Shown here: one piece after another, positions 18,550-28,396 of the stretch
Layout of the letters: every line of letters starts with the position of its first letter
Position numbering within the stretch: position 1 is the first letter of the stretch
Assembly (NCBI RefSeq): GCF_041248615.1
Contig: NZ_CP158426.1
Direction: 5' to 3' (one strand)
Origin: Escherichia coli
GTDB lineage: Bacteria; Pseudomonadota; Gammaproteobacteria; Enterobacterales; Enterobacteriaceae
DNA length: 64,000 bases
The notes under the pieces: model-generated
Database searches by the model: none
The model's input: only the letters and a program-made list of their open reading frames with translations
Told to the model about the DNA's origin: nothing
Made by a program: the position numbers and the translations under genes

Positions 18550-21500
18550 ATGAGTAAACTTTTGGATCGCTTTCGCTACTTCAAACAAAAGGGCGATACC
18601 TTTGCCGATGGTCACGGACAGGTGATGCATAGCAACCGCGACTGGGAGGACAGCTATCGCCAGCGTTGGCAGTTCGACAAAATCGTGCGTTCCACCCACG
18701 GTGTTAACTGTACAGGCTCCTGTAGCTGGAAAATCTACGTTAAAAATGGTCTGGTGACCTGGGAAATCCAACAGACCGACTACCCGCGCACTCGCCCTGA
18801 CCTGCCCAATCATGAACCTCGCGGCTGCCCGCGCGGCGCAAGTTACTCCTGGTATCTCTACAGCGCTAACCGCCTGAAATACCCTCTCATTCGTAAACGA
18901 CTGATTGAACTGTGGCGCGAAGCCCTCAAGCAACACAGCGATCCGGTACTGGCGTGGGCATCGATTATGAACGATCCGCAAAAGTGCCTGAGCTACAAAC
19001 AAGTACGTGGACGCGGCGGCTTTATCCGCTCCAACTGGCAGGAGCTAAACCAGTTGATTGCCGCCGCTAACGTCTGGACCATCAAAACCTACGGCCCGGA
19101 TCGCGTTGCCGGTTTCTCGCCGATCCCGGCGATGTCGATGGTTTCTTACGCCGCCGGAACACGTTATCTTTCACTATTAGGTGGCACCTGTTTAAGCTTC
19201 TACGACTGGTATTGCGACCTGCCGCCCGCCTCGCCGATGACCTGGGGCGAGCAAACCGACGTACCGGAATCTGCCGACTGGTATAACTCCAGCTACATCA
19301 TCGCCTGGGGGTCTAACGTACCGCAGACACGTACGCCGGACGCCCACTTCTTTACCGAAGTACGCTACAAAGGCACTAAAACCATCGCCATTACCCCTGA
19401 CTACTCTGAAGTGGCCAAATTGTGCGACCAGTGGCTGGCACCAAAACAAGGCACTGATAGCGCCCTGGCGATGGCAATGGGCCATGTGATTTTAAAAGAG
19501 TTTCATCTCGATAATCCCAGCGACTACTTTATCAACTACTGCCGCCGCTACAGCGACATGCCGATGCTGGTAATGCTGGAACCTCGCGACGATGGCAGCT
19601 ACGTACCCGGGCGCATGATCCGCGCGTCTGACCTGGTAGATGGACTGGGCGAAAGCAACAATCCGCAGTGGAAAACCGTGGCGGTTAATACCGCAGGTGA
19701 ACTGGTGGTGCCGAACGGTTCGATTGGTTTTCGCTGGGGAGAAAAAGGCAAATGGAATCTGGAATCCATTGCCGCCGGTACGGAAACCGAATTGTCGTTA
19801 ACTCTGCTCGGTCAACATGATGCCGTTGCAGGCGCGGCCTTCCCCTACTTTGGCGGCATTGAAAATCCGCATTTTCGCAGCGTAAAAAACAATCCTGTCC
19901 TGGTGCGTCAATTACCCGTTAAAAACCTGACATTAGCCGATGGCAGCACCTGTCCGGTGGTCAGCGTTTATGATTTGGTACTGGCGAATTACGGCCTCGA
20001 TCGCGGGCTGGAAGATGAAAACAGCGCGAAAGATTACGCTGAAATCAAACCGTACACCCCAGCCTGGGGTGAGCAAATTACCGGCGTGCCGCGCCAGTAT
20101 ATTGAAACCATCGCCCGTGAATTTGCCGATACCGCCCATAAAACGCATGGGCGCTCGATGATTATCCTCGGTGCTGGCGTCAACCATTGGTATCACATGG
20201 ACATGAACTACCGTGGGATGATCAACATGCTGATCTTCTGCGGTTGTGTCGGGCAAAGCGGTGGCGGATGGGCACACTATGTCGGTCAGGAAAAACTGCG
20301 CCCGCAAACTGGCTGGTTGCCGCTGGCCTTTGCGCTCGATTGGAACCGACCACCGCGCCAGATGAACAGCACCTCGTTTTTCTACAATCATTCCAGCCAA
20401 TGGCGCTATGAAAAAGTCTCTGCTCAGGAGTTACTTTCACCGCTCGCCGATGCCAGTAAGTACAGCGGTCATCTGATTGATTTCAACGTTCGTGCCGAAC
20501 GTATGGGCTGGCTACCTTCTGCGCCGCAGCTGGGGCGTAACCCGCTCGGGATTAAAGCTGAAGCCGACAAGGCCGGATTATCCCCCACAGAATTTACCGC
20601 CCAGGCGCTGAAATCGGGCGATTTACGCATGGCCTGCGAACAACCAGATAGCGGCAGCAATCATCCGCGTAATTTGTTTGTCTGGCGTTCTAACCTGCTT
20701 GGCTCCTCCGGCAAAGGCCACGAGTATATGCAGAAGTATCTGCTGGGAACCGAAAGTGGGATTCAGGGTCAGGAACTCGGTGCCAGCGACGGGATCAAAC
20801 CAGAAGAAGTCGAGTGGCAAACTGCGGCGATTGAAGGCAAGCTCGACCTGCTGGTGACGCTCGACTTCCGTATGTCCAGTACCTGCCTGTTCTCCGATAT
20901 CGTTCTGCCCACCGCCACCTGGTACGAAAAAGACGATATGAACACCTCGGATATGCATCCGTTTATTCATCCCCTATCTGCGGCGGTCGATCCGGCGTGG
21001 GAATCACGCAGCGACTGGGAAATCTACAAAGGTATTGCCAAAGCCTTTTCGCAAGTGTGCGTGGGCCATCTTGGCAAAGAAACCGACGTGGTATTACAAC
21101 CACTGCTGCATGACTCTCCGGCAGAACTCTCACAGCCGTGTGAAGTGCTCGACTGGCGCAAAGGCGAATGCGATCTGATTCCAGGTAAAACTGCGCCCAA
21201 TATTGTGGCGGTGGAACGCGACTACCCTGCTACCTATGAACGCTTTACCTCGCTCGGGCCATTGATGGACAAACTTGGCAACGGCGGTAAAGGGATTTCG
21301 TGGAATACCCAGGATGAAATCGATTTCCTCGGCAAACTCAACTACACCAAGCGTGAAGGCCCGGCACAGGGGCGTCCGCTGATTGACACCGCCATTGACG
21401 CATCAGAAGTGATTCTGGCTCTGGCACCGGAAACCAACGGTCATGTTGCAGTCAAAGCGTGGCAGGCGCTGGGCGAGATCACCGGACGCGAACATACCCA

Positions 21501-22290
21501 TCTGGCGCTGCACAAAGAGGACGAGAAGATTCGCTTTCGCGATATTCAGGCGCAGCCACGTAAAATTATCTCCAGCCCCACATGGTCTGGTCTGGAAAGC
21601 GATCACGTCTCCTATAACGCGGGATACACCAACGTTCATGAGTTAATTCCGTGGCGCACGCTGTCGGGACGCCAGCAGCTTTATCAGGATCATCCGTGGA
21701 TGCGTGCCTTTGGTGAAAGCCTGGTGGCTTATCGCCCGCCTATCGACACCCGTAGCGTCAGTGAAATGCGCCAGATACCGCCAAACGGCTTCCCGGAAAA
21801 AGCACTTAACTTCCTGACGCCGCATCAGAAATGGGGCATTCACTCAACCTACAGTGAAAACCTGCTAATGCTGACGCTCTCTCGCGGTGGACCGATTGTC
21901 TGGATTAGCGAAACCGATGCCCGTGAACTGACCATTGTCGATAACGACTGGGTGGAAGTGTTTAACGCCAACGGCGCGCTGACTGCCCGCGCGGTGGTCA
22001 GCCAACGTGTACCGCCGGGTATGACCATGATGTATCACGCTCAGGAACGCATTATGAATATCCCGGGCTCGGAAGTGACCGGAATGCGCGGCGGCATTCA
22101 TAACTCGGTCACCCGCGTTTGTCCGAAACCAACGCATATGATTGGCGGTTACGCGCAGCTGGCCTGGGGCTTTAATTACTACGGCACCGTCGGCTCGAAC
22201 CGTGACGAATTCATCATGATCCGCAAGATGAAGAACGTTAACTGGCTGGATGATGAAGGTCGCGATCAGGTACAGGAGGCGAAAAAATGA
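18550..22290 (+). CDS. narZ: Respiratory nitrate reductase 2 alpha subunit
   Basis: 1246-aa product from MSKLLDRFRYFKQKGDTF...; molybdopterin oxidoreductase. Confidence 0.93.
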   Translation: MSKLLDRFRYFKQKGDTFADGHGQVMHSNRDWEDSYRQRWQFDKIVRSTHGVNCTGSCSWKIYVKNGLVTWEIQQTDYPRTRPDLPNHEPRGCPRGASYSWYLYSANRLKYPLIRKRLIELWREALKQHSDPVLAWASIMNDPQKCLSYKQVRGRGGFIRSNWQELNQLIAAANVWTIKTYGPDRVAGFSPIPAMSMVSYAAGTRYLSLLGGTCLSFYDWYCDLPPASPMTWGEQTDVPESADWYNSSYIIAWGSNVPQTRTPDAHFFTEVRYKGTKTIAITPDYSEVAKLCDQWLAPKQGTDSALAMAMGHVILKEFHLDNPSDYFINYCRRYSDMPMLVMLEPRDDGSYVPGRMIRASDLVDGLGESNNPQWKTVAVNTAGELVVPNGSIGFRWGEKGKWNLESIAAGTETELSLTLLGQHDAVAGAAFPYFGGIENPHFRSVKNNPVLVRQLPVKNLTLADGSTCPVVSVYDLVLANYGLDRGLEDENSAKDYAEIKPYTPAWGEQITGVPRQYIETIAREFADTAHKTHGRSMIILGAGVNHWYHMDMNYRGMINMLIFCGCVGQSGGGWAHYVGQEKLRPQTGWLPLAFALDWNRPPRQMNSTSFFYNHSSQWRYEKVSAQELLSPLADASKYSGHLIDFNVRAERMGWLPSAPQLGRNPLGIKAEADKAGLSPTEFTAQALKSGDLRMACEQPDSGSNHPRNLFVWRSNLLGSSGKGHEYMQKYLLGTESGIQGQELGASDGIKPEEVEWQTAAIEGKLDLLVTLDFRMSSTCLFSDIVLPTATWYEKDDMNTSDMHPFIHPLSAAVDPAWESRSDWEIYKGIAKAFSQVCVGHLGKETDVVLQPLLHDSPAELSQPCEVLDWRKGECDLIPGKTAPNIVAVERDYPATYERFTSLGPLMDKLGNGGKGISWNTQDEIDFLGKLNYTKREGPAQGRPLIDTAIDASEVILALAPETNGHVAVKAWQALGEITGREHTHLALHKEDEKIRFRDIQAQPRKIISSPTWSGLESDHVSYNAGYTNVHELIPWRTLSGRQQLYQDHPWMRAFGESLVAYRPPIDTRSVSEMRQIPPNGFPEKALNFLTPHQKWGIHSTYSENLLMLTLSRGGPIVWISETDARELTIVDNDWVEVFNANGALTARAVVSQRVPPGMTMMYHAQERIMNIPGSEVTGMRGGIHNSVTRVCPKPTHMIGGYAQLAWGFNYYGTVGSNRDEFIMIRKMKNVNWLDDEGRDQVQEAKK

Positions 22291-23831
22291 AAATACGTTC
22301 GCAAGTCGGCATGGTGCTTAACCTCGATAAATGTATCGGCTGCCATACCTGTTCGGTGACCTGTAAAAACGTCTGGACCGGACGCGAAGGCATGGAGTAC
22401 GCATGGTTTAACAACGTCGAAACCAAACCGGGCATTGGTTATCCGAAAAACTGGGAAGATCAGGAAGAGTGGCAAGGCGGCTGGGTGCGTGATGTGAATG
22501 GCAAGATCCGCCCGCGTCTGGGCAGCAAGATGGGCGTAATAACCAAAATCTTCGCCAACCCGGTGGTGCCGCAGATTGATGATTACTACGAACCTTTCAC
22601 CTTCGACTACGAACATTTGCATAGCGCACCGGAAGGCAAACATATCCCTACTGCTCGCCCGCGTTCACTGATTGACGGCAAACGGATGGACAAAGTGATC
22701 TGGGGGCCAAACTGGGAAGAACTGCTGGGCGGCGAATTTGAAAAACGCGCCCGCGACCGCAACTTCGAGGCCATGCAAAAGGAGATGTACGGGCAGTTTG
22801 AAAACACCTTCATGATGTACCTGCCGCGCCTGTGCGAACACTGCCTCAATCCCAGCTGCGTGGCGACCTGCCCAAGCGGTGCTATCTACAAACGTGAAGA
22901 AGACGGCATTGTGCTGATTGATCAGGATAAATGCCGTGGCTGGCGTTTGTGCATTAGCGGTTGTCCGTACAAAAAAATCTACTTCAACTGGAAAAGCGGC
23001 AAGTCAGAAAAATGCATCTTCTGTTATCCGCGAATTGAGTCAGGCCAACCCACCGTATGCTCAGAAACCTGCGTGGGTCGCATCCGATATCTGGGCGTGC
23101 TGCTTTACGACGCTGACCGCATCGAGGAAGCGGCGAGCACCGAGCGCGAAGTTGACCTCTATGAACGCCAGTGCGAAGTATTCCTCGATCCACACGATCC
23201 CTCAGTGATCGAGGAAGCCCTGAAACAGGGTATTCCACAAAACGTGATTGAAGCTGCCCAGCGTTCGCCAGTCTACAAAATGGCGATGGACTGGAAACTG
23301 GCGCTACCGCTGCACCCTGAATATCGCACCCTGCCGATGGTCTGGTACGTTCCGCCGCTGTCACCGATTCAGTCTTACGCTGATGCGGGCGGTTTGCCGA
23401 AAAGCGAAGGCGTGCTCCCAGACATCGAGAGCCTGCGTATTCCTGTGCAATATCTCGCCAATATGTTAAGTGCCGGCGATACCGGTCCGGTACTGCGGGC
23501 GCTGAAACGGATGATGGCGATGCGCCACTATATGCGTTCACAAACCGTGGAAGGCGTTACCGATACCCGCGCCATTGACGAAGTAGGCCTGAGCGTCGCC
23601 CAGGTCGAAGAGATGTATCGCTACCTCGCCATTGCCAACTATGAAGACCGTTTTGTCATTCCAACCAGTCATCGGGAAATGGCGGGCGATGCCTTCGCAG
23701 AACGCAATGGCTGCGGTTTTACCTTTGGCGACGGTTGCCACGGCTCGGACAGCAAATTCAACCTGTTCAACAGTAGCCGTATCGATGCCATCAACATCAC
23801 CGAAGTGCGCGACAAAGCGGAGGGCGAATAA
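22287..23831 (+). CDS. narY: Respiratory nitrate reductase 2 beta subunit (Fe-S)
   Basis: 514 aa, multiple Cys clusters; 4-nt overlap with narZ stop. Confidence 0.93.
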   Translation: MKIRSQVGMVLNLDKCIGCHTCSVTCKNVWTGREGMEYAWFNNVETKPGIGYPKNWEDQEEWQGGWVRDVNGKIRPRLGSKMGVITKIFANPVVPQIDDYYEPFTFDYEHLHSAPEGKHIPTARPRSLIDGKRMDKVIWGPNWEELLGGEFEKRARDRNFEAMQKEMYGQFENTFMMYLPRLCEHCLNPSCVATCPSGAIYKREEDGIVLIDQDKCRGWRLCISGCPYKKIYFNWKSGKSEKCIFCYPRIESGQPTVCSETCVGRIRYLGVLLYDADRIEEAASTEREVDLYERQCEVFLDPHDPSVIEEALKQGIPQNVIEAAQRSPVYKMAMDWKLALPLHPEYRTLPMVWYVPPLSPIQSYADAGGLPKSEGVLPDIESLRIPVQYLANMLSAGDTGPVLRALKRMMAMRHYMRSQTVEGVTDTRAIDEVGLSVAQVEEMYRYLAIANYEDRFVIPTSHREMAGDAFAERNGCGFTFGDGCHGSDSKFNLFNSSRIDAINITEVRDKAEGE

Positions 23832-24526
23832 TGCAGATCCTCAAAGTGATCGGCCTGTTGATGGAGTATCCGGACGAGCTGTTATGGGAATGTAAGGAGG
23901 ACGCGCTGGCGTTGATCCGCCGCGACGCACCGATGCTTACGGATTTTACCCGCAACCTGCTTAACGCGCCGCTGCTGGATAAACAGGCCGAATGGTGCGA
24001 AGTGTTTGACCGTGGACGTACCACATCGCTGCTGCTGTTCGAACATGTTCATGCCGAGTCCCGCGATCGCGGCCAGGCAATGGTGGACCTGCTGGCGGAG
24101 TATGAAAAGGTCGGCCTGCAGTTGGATTGTCGAGAACTGCCCGATTATCTGCCGCTGTATCTGGAGTACTTAAGCGTACTGCCGGACGATCAGGCGAAAG
24201 AAGGCTTGCTCAACGTTGCGCCGATCCTCGCCCTGCTTGGCGGACGCTTAAAACAACGCGAGGCTCCGTGGTATTCGTTGTTTGACGCCCTGCTGCATCT
24301 GGCGGGAAGTACACTTTCAAGTGACAGTGTCACAAAACAAGTAAACAACGAGGAGCGCGATGACACCCGCCAGGCGCTTGATGCAGTGTGGGAAGAGGAG
24401 CAGGTGAAGTTTATTGAAGATAACGCCACGGCGTGTGACAGCTCGCCGCTTAATCAATATCAGCGACGCTTTAGCCAGGATGTCGCGCCGCAATATGTCG
24501 ACATCAGTGCGGGAGGTGGGAAATGA
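23831..24526 (+). CDS. narW: Nitrate reductase 2 delta subunit (assembly chaperone)
   Basis: 231 aa, NarJ-like; operon position. Confidence 0.9.
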
Positions 24527-25203
24527 TTCAGTATCTGAACGTCTTTTTTTATGATATCTACCCGTACATTTGTGCGACAGTGTTTTTCCTCGGCAGCTGG
24601 CTGCGCTACGACTACGGGCAGTATACCTGGCGCGCCTCCTCGAGTCAGATGCTCGATAAACGCGGGATGGTGATATGGTCGAATCTGTTCCATATCGGCA
24701 TTTTGGGGATTTTCTTCGGGCACCTGTTCGGCATGTTAACGCCGCACTGGATGTACGCGTGGTTTTTGCCAGTGGCAGCGAAACAACTAATGGCGATGGT
24801 GCTCGGCGGTATTTGCGGTGTGTTGACGTTGATTGGCGGCGCAGGACTGCTGTGGCGCAGGCTAACTAATCAGCGTGTGCGTGCCACTTCCACTACGCCG
24901 GATATTATCATCATGAGCATTTTGCTGATCCAGTGTCTGCTGGGGCTAAGTACCATACCGTTTTCAGCACAGTATCCTGATGGTAGCGAAATGATGAAGC
25001 TGGTGGGTTGGGCGCAAAGCATTGTCACTTTCCGTGGTGGATCGTCAGAGATGCTCAACGGCGTAGCGTTCGTCTTCCGCCTGCATCTGGTGTTGGGAAT
25101 GACCATCTTCCTGCTCTTCCCGTTCACCCGACTGGTGCATGTGTGGAGCGCGCCGTTTGAGTACTTTACTCGTCGGTATCAGATTGTGCGTTCGCGGCGA
25201 TAA
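24523..25203 (+). CDS. narV: Respiratory nitrate reductase 2 gamma subunit (cytochrome b)
   Basis: 226 aa, multi-TM; operon position. Confidence 0.9.
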
Positions 25204-25281
25204 TTTCACCCTGGCCGGATAGCTCTTCGCTCTCCGGCCACTTGCAGGCTATGATAGTTCTCCAGCCACAGGAGAACGTTA

Positions 25282-26175
25282 ATGAAACCGCAGGTGTACC
25301 ACATCGATGCTTTTACCTCACAACCGTTTCGCGGCAATTCTGCCGGTGTTGTTTTCCCCGCCGATAATCTCAGTGAAGCGCAAATGCAGCTTATCGCCCG
25401 CGAATTAGGTCATTCCGAAACTGCTTTTCTGCTGCACAGCGACGACAGCGATGTGCGCATCCGCTACTTTACGCCAACAGTTGAAGTGCCGATTTGTGGT
25501 CACGCGACGGTAGCAGCGCATTATGTACGTTCGAAGGTATTAGGTTTGGGAAATTGCACGGTCTGGCAAACATCGCTGGCAGGAAAACACCGCGTGACTA
25601 TAGAAAAGCAAAATGATGATTATCGTATTTCGCTGGAACAAGGTACTCCTGGCTTTGAGCCACCACTGACAGGTGAAACACGAGCGGCAATTATCAACGC
25701 GCTTCATCTCACTGAAGACGATATTCTGCCAGGCTTGCCAATTCAGGTGGCTACCACAGGACACTCAAAAGTGATGATTCCACTGAAGCCGGAAGTGGAT
25801 ATCGACGCCCTTTCGCCTGACCTTAATGTGCTGACCGCTATCAGCAAACAGATTGGCTGCAATGGTTTCTTCCCGTTCCAGATCCGCCCTGGCAAAAACG
25901 AAACCGACGGTCGTATGTTCTCGCCTGCCATTGGTATTGTGGAAGATCCGGTGACCGGCAATGCCAATGGCCCGATGGGTGCATGGTTGGTACATCACAA
26001 CGTATTGCCCCACGATGGCAACGTGTTGCATGTTAAAGGCCATCAGGGGCGCGCATTGGGGCGTGACGGCGTGATTGAAGTGACGGTGACAATTCGCAAT
26101 AACCAACCGGAGAAAGTCACCATTTCTGGCACAGCGGTGATTTTGTTTCATGCCGAATGGGCAATTGAACTCTGA
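25282..26175 (+). CDS. yddE: PhzF-family isomerase-like protein
   Basis: 297 aa, MKPQVYHIDAFTSQPFRGNSAGVVF... PhzF/DAP-epimerase-like. Confidence 0.9.
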   Translation: MKPQVYHIDAFTSQPFRGNSAGVVFPADNLSEAQMQLIARELGHSETAFLLHSDDSDVRIRYFTPTVEVPICGHATVAAHYVRSKVLGLGNCTVWQTSLAGKHRVTIEKQNDDYRISLEQGTPGFEPPLTGETRAAIINALHLTEDDILPGLPIQVATTGHSKVMIPLKPEVDIDALSPDLNVLTAISKQIGCNGFFPFQIRPGKNETDGRMFSPAIGIVEDPVTGNANGPMGAWLVHHNVLPHDGNVLHVKGHQGRALGRDGVIEVTVTIRNNQPEKVTISGTAVILFHAEWAIEL

Positions 26176-26189
26176 AACCGTTGCCTGAT

Positions 26190-26260
26190 GCGCTTCGCTT
26201 ATCAGGTCTACAACCGAGCTAATGTATGCCGGATAAGGCGTTTACGCCGCATCCGGCAAC
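26190..26260. repeat. REP/BIME-type extragenic palindromes between yddE and nhoA
   Basis: Two palindromic units gcctgatgcgcttcgcttatcaggtctac and atgccggataaggcgtttacgccgcatccggc typical of E. coli REP sequences. Confidence 0.7.
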
Positions 26261-26270
26261 CTGACATAAA

Positions 26271-27116
26271 TTATTTTCCCGCCTCCGGGTGCGTATCAAA
26301 CGCCGCCATCACCAACGCTAACTCATCCACAGTAAAGCCATGTTTCACATCATCCACGCCCAGACCAAACTGTTCTTGCATCACAGCATATAACGACGCC
26401 ACATCCGCTAGATTTCGCTGTTCCACCGCGTGCCCATTTTCATAATGGGTAAAATGAAAATTGGTCAGTGTCAGCTTGCCGCCGTCCGGCAAATGGCGGC
26501 ACATCAGCAAATGATGGCGAAAATGCGACTGCGGCCAGTGTGCAGACCAGAAATTGCCCATTACATAATCGCTTTGTTGCTGCTCGCAGAGATCAAAACG
26601 GTACATCGACTGCCAGTGCTGATGATGATTAAACTGCAACACCCAATCATCACCCTCCTGTAACAACCGATACTCTCCGTGTGGCGTGAACTGCACGAGA
26701 TCGGGAACTAACCGAATCGGCGCGGTTAGCGTCTGTCCACCGAAACCGACATCAGCAATCCATTTTTCCCCTTCCAGTTCCACCAACAGCAAACGATGGG
26801 TGCGCGGCGGTAATGCTGGCGGATTTGATAACACTACGCGCCCTAACAAGCTGCGAACGTTAAACCCCAGCTCGCGTAACACCCGCTCAAACACGCCATT
26901 CTGCTCAAAACAGTAACCGCCACGACGGGCTGTCACCAGTTTCTCTTCCAGCGATTGATCATCAAGCTGTATTTCCCTTGGCAGCAAAACGTCGAGGTTT
27001 TCAAATGGAATGGTGCAATTGTGTTTCAGGTGCAATGCACGCAGCGTATCAATATTGGCCGCAGCAGCTCCCAACCAGTTAATACGGGCAAAATAGTGAT
27101 TCAGAATGGGCGTCAT
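26271..27116 (-). CDS. nhoA: Arylamine N-acetyltransferase (N-hydroxyarylamine O-acetyltransferase)
   Basis: 281 aa, NAT family with catalytic Cys context RRGGYCFEQN. Confidence 0.92.
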   Translation of the reverse strand: MTPILNHYFARINWLGAAAANIDTLRALHLKHNCTIPFENLDVLLPREIQLDDQSLEEKLVTARRGGYCFEQNGVFERVLRELGFNVRSLLGRVVLSNPPALPPRTHRLLLVELEGEKWIADVGFGGQTLTAPIRLVPDLVQFTPHGEYRLLQEGDDWVLQFNHHQHWQSMYRFDLCEQQQSDYVMGNFWSAHWPQSHFRHHLLMCRHLPDGGKLTLTNFHFTHYENGHAVEQRNLADVASLYAVMQEQFGLGVDDVKHGFTVDELALVMAAFDTHPEAGK

Positions 27117-27290
27117 CAGGCGTTTCCCTTAGTGGTTTTCTCAACTTATAACCTGGAATAGACGCTGCACCGGCTATTTTGTGCGATCGCGGACATGCAT
27201 CACGTTCGCAAATCGCCAATCCCGTTAATTTCGTTACTTATTGCGTTACGAGCTACGCTTTTAAAACACCCTTCATAGCGAGGCGATACC

Positions 27291-27860
27291 GTGAGCCGAT
27301 TCATCCCTGTCGAATTACACCATGCCAGCCGTCTGTTAAATCATGGCCCAACTGTCTTGATCACCAGTTTCGATGAGCAATCCCAGCGGCGTAACATTAT
27401 GGCAGCCGCCTGGTCAATGCCGGTGGAGTTTGAACCGCCACGCGTGGCGATTGTGGTAGATAAATCGACATGGACCAGGGAGTTGATTGAACGTAATGGT
27501 AAGTTTGGCATCGTTATCCCGGGTGTTGCAGCAACTAACTGGACGTGGGCGGTGGGAAGTGTGTCGGGGCGTGATGAAGATAAGTTTAATTGCTATGGTA
27601 TTCCGGTTGTGAAAGGTCCGGTGCTTGGTTTGCCGCTGGTCGAGGAAAAATGTCTGGCGTGGATGGAGTGTCGCCTGCTACCTGCAACTTCCGCGCAAGA
27701 AAAATACGATACGCTATTTGGCGAAGTGGTATCTGCAGCGGCAGACGCACGAGTATTTGTCGAAGGCCGCTGGCAGTTTGATGATGACAAACTCAATACG
27801 TTGCATCATTTAGGTGCTGGCACGTTTGTTACCAGCGGCCAGCGTGTTACGGCAGGTTAA
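27291..27860 (+). CDS. yddH: Flavin reductase-like domain protein
   Basis: 189 aa from a GTG start; flavin reductase-like fold. Confidence 0.85.
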   Translation: MSRFIPVELHHASRLLNHGPTVLITSFDEQSQRRNIMAAAWSMPVEFEPPRVAIVVDKSTWTRELIERNGKFGIVIPGVAATNWTWAVGSVSGRDEDKFNCYGIPVVKGPVLGLPLVEEKCLAWMECRLLPATSAQEKYDTLFGEVVSAAADARVFVEGRWQFDDDKLNTLHHLGAGTFVTSGQRVTAG

Positions 27861-27863
27861 GCA

Positions 27864-28091
27864 TTACATGCTGTAACCGGGTTTCTTTATCAAAGCCTCC
27901 ATTTGGGGCTCGATTTCGGCATCCCAGATAGCTTGCCAAGATTCTGGTTGAATCTGCTGTAGAGAAATGCTTATCGAGCTATCTTTACTGTTCAGATGGC
28001 GAATAATAACGTCGGTAATATCTGCAGCGAGTGCTGCTTTTTGTTGTTCGTCCAGTTCACGCGGAAAACATTTAATGTCTATGTGCGGCAT
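27864..28091 (-). CDS. pptA: Tautomerase (4-oxalocrotonate tautomerase family)
   Basis: 75-aa product beginning [13 protein letters not shown] (Pro-1 after Met removal, the tautomerase hallmark). Confidence 0.85.
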   Translation of the reverse strand: MPHIDIKCFPRELDEQQKAALAADITDVIIRHLNSKDSSISISLQQIQPESWQAIWDAEIEPQMEALIKKPGYSM

Positions 28092-28396
28092 GATTGTGCT
28101 CCTTTTGAAAGATGTCAGTAAAATTAACACACGTTGTGAATGTCGTGTGTCCGGTAATGCGTTTTTACGGCAATAATGCCTACTTGAAATTGTACATATT
28201 TGTACTACACACTTTTAAATAAAGCGCCAATGAAAACGTTAACTTGCAGAATATATTCTTCGCCAACATGCCATTAAGAAAACATCAAGTTCCCGGCTTG
28301 CCAATTGGTTAACGCCCATTATAGTTATTCTTGCCCTCACTAAAAATTTTCATCCGTAATTACCCCCAATAAAAATCCATTCTGGAGACGCTTAAG

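Noticed and set aside
18442-19002. 186-aa minus-strand ORF and other antisense ORFs within narZ, narY, ydcS, ydcT, rlhA, patD
   Set aside because: All lie opposite strongly supported genes recognised by conserved motifs; typical six-frame noise.
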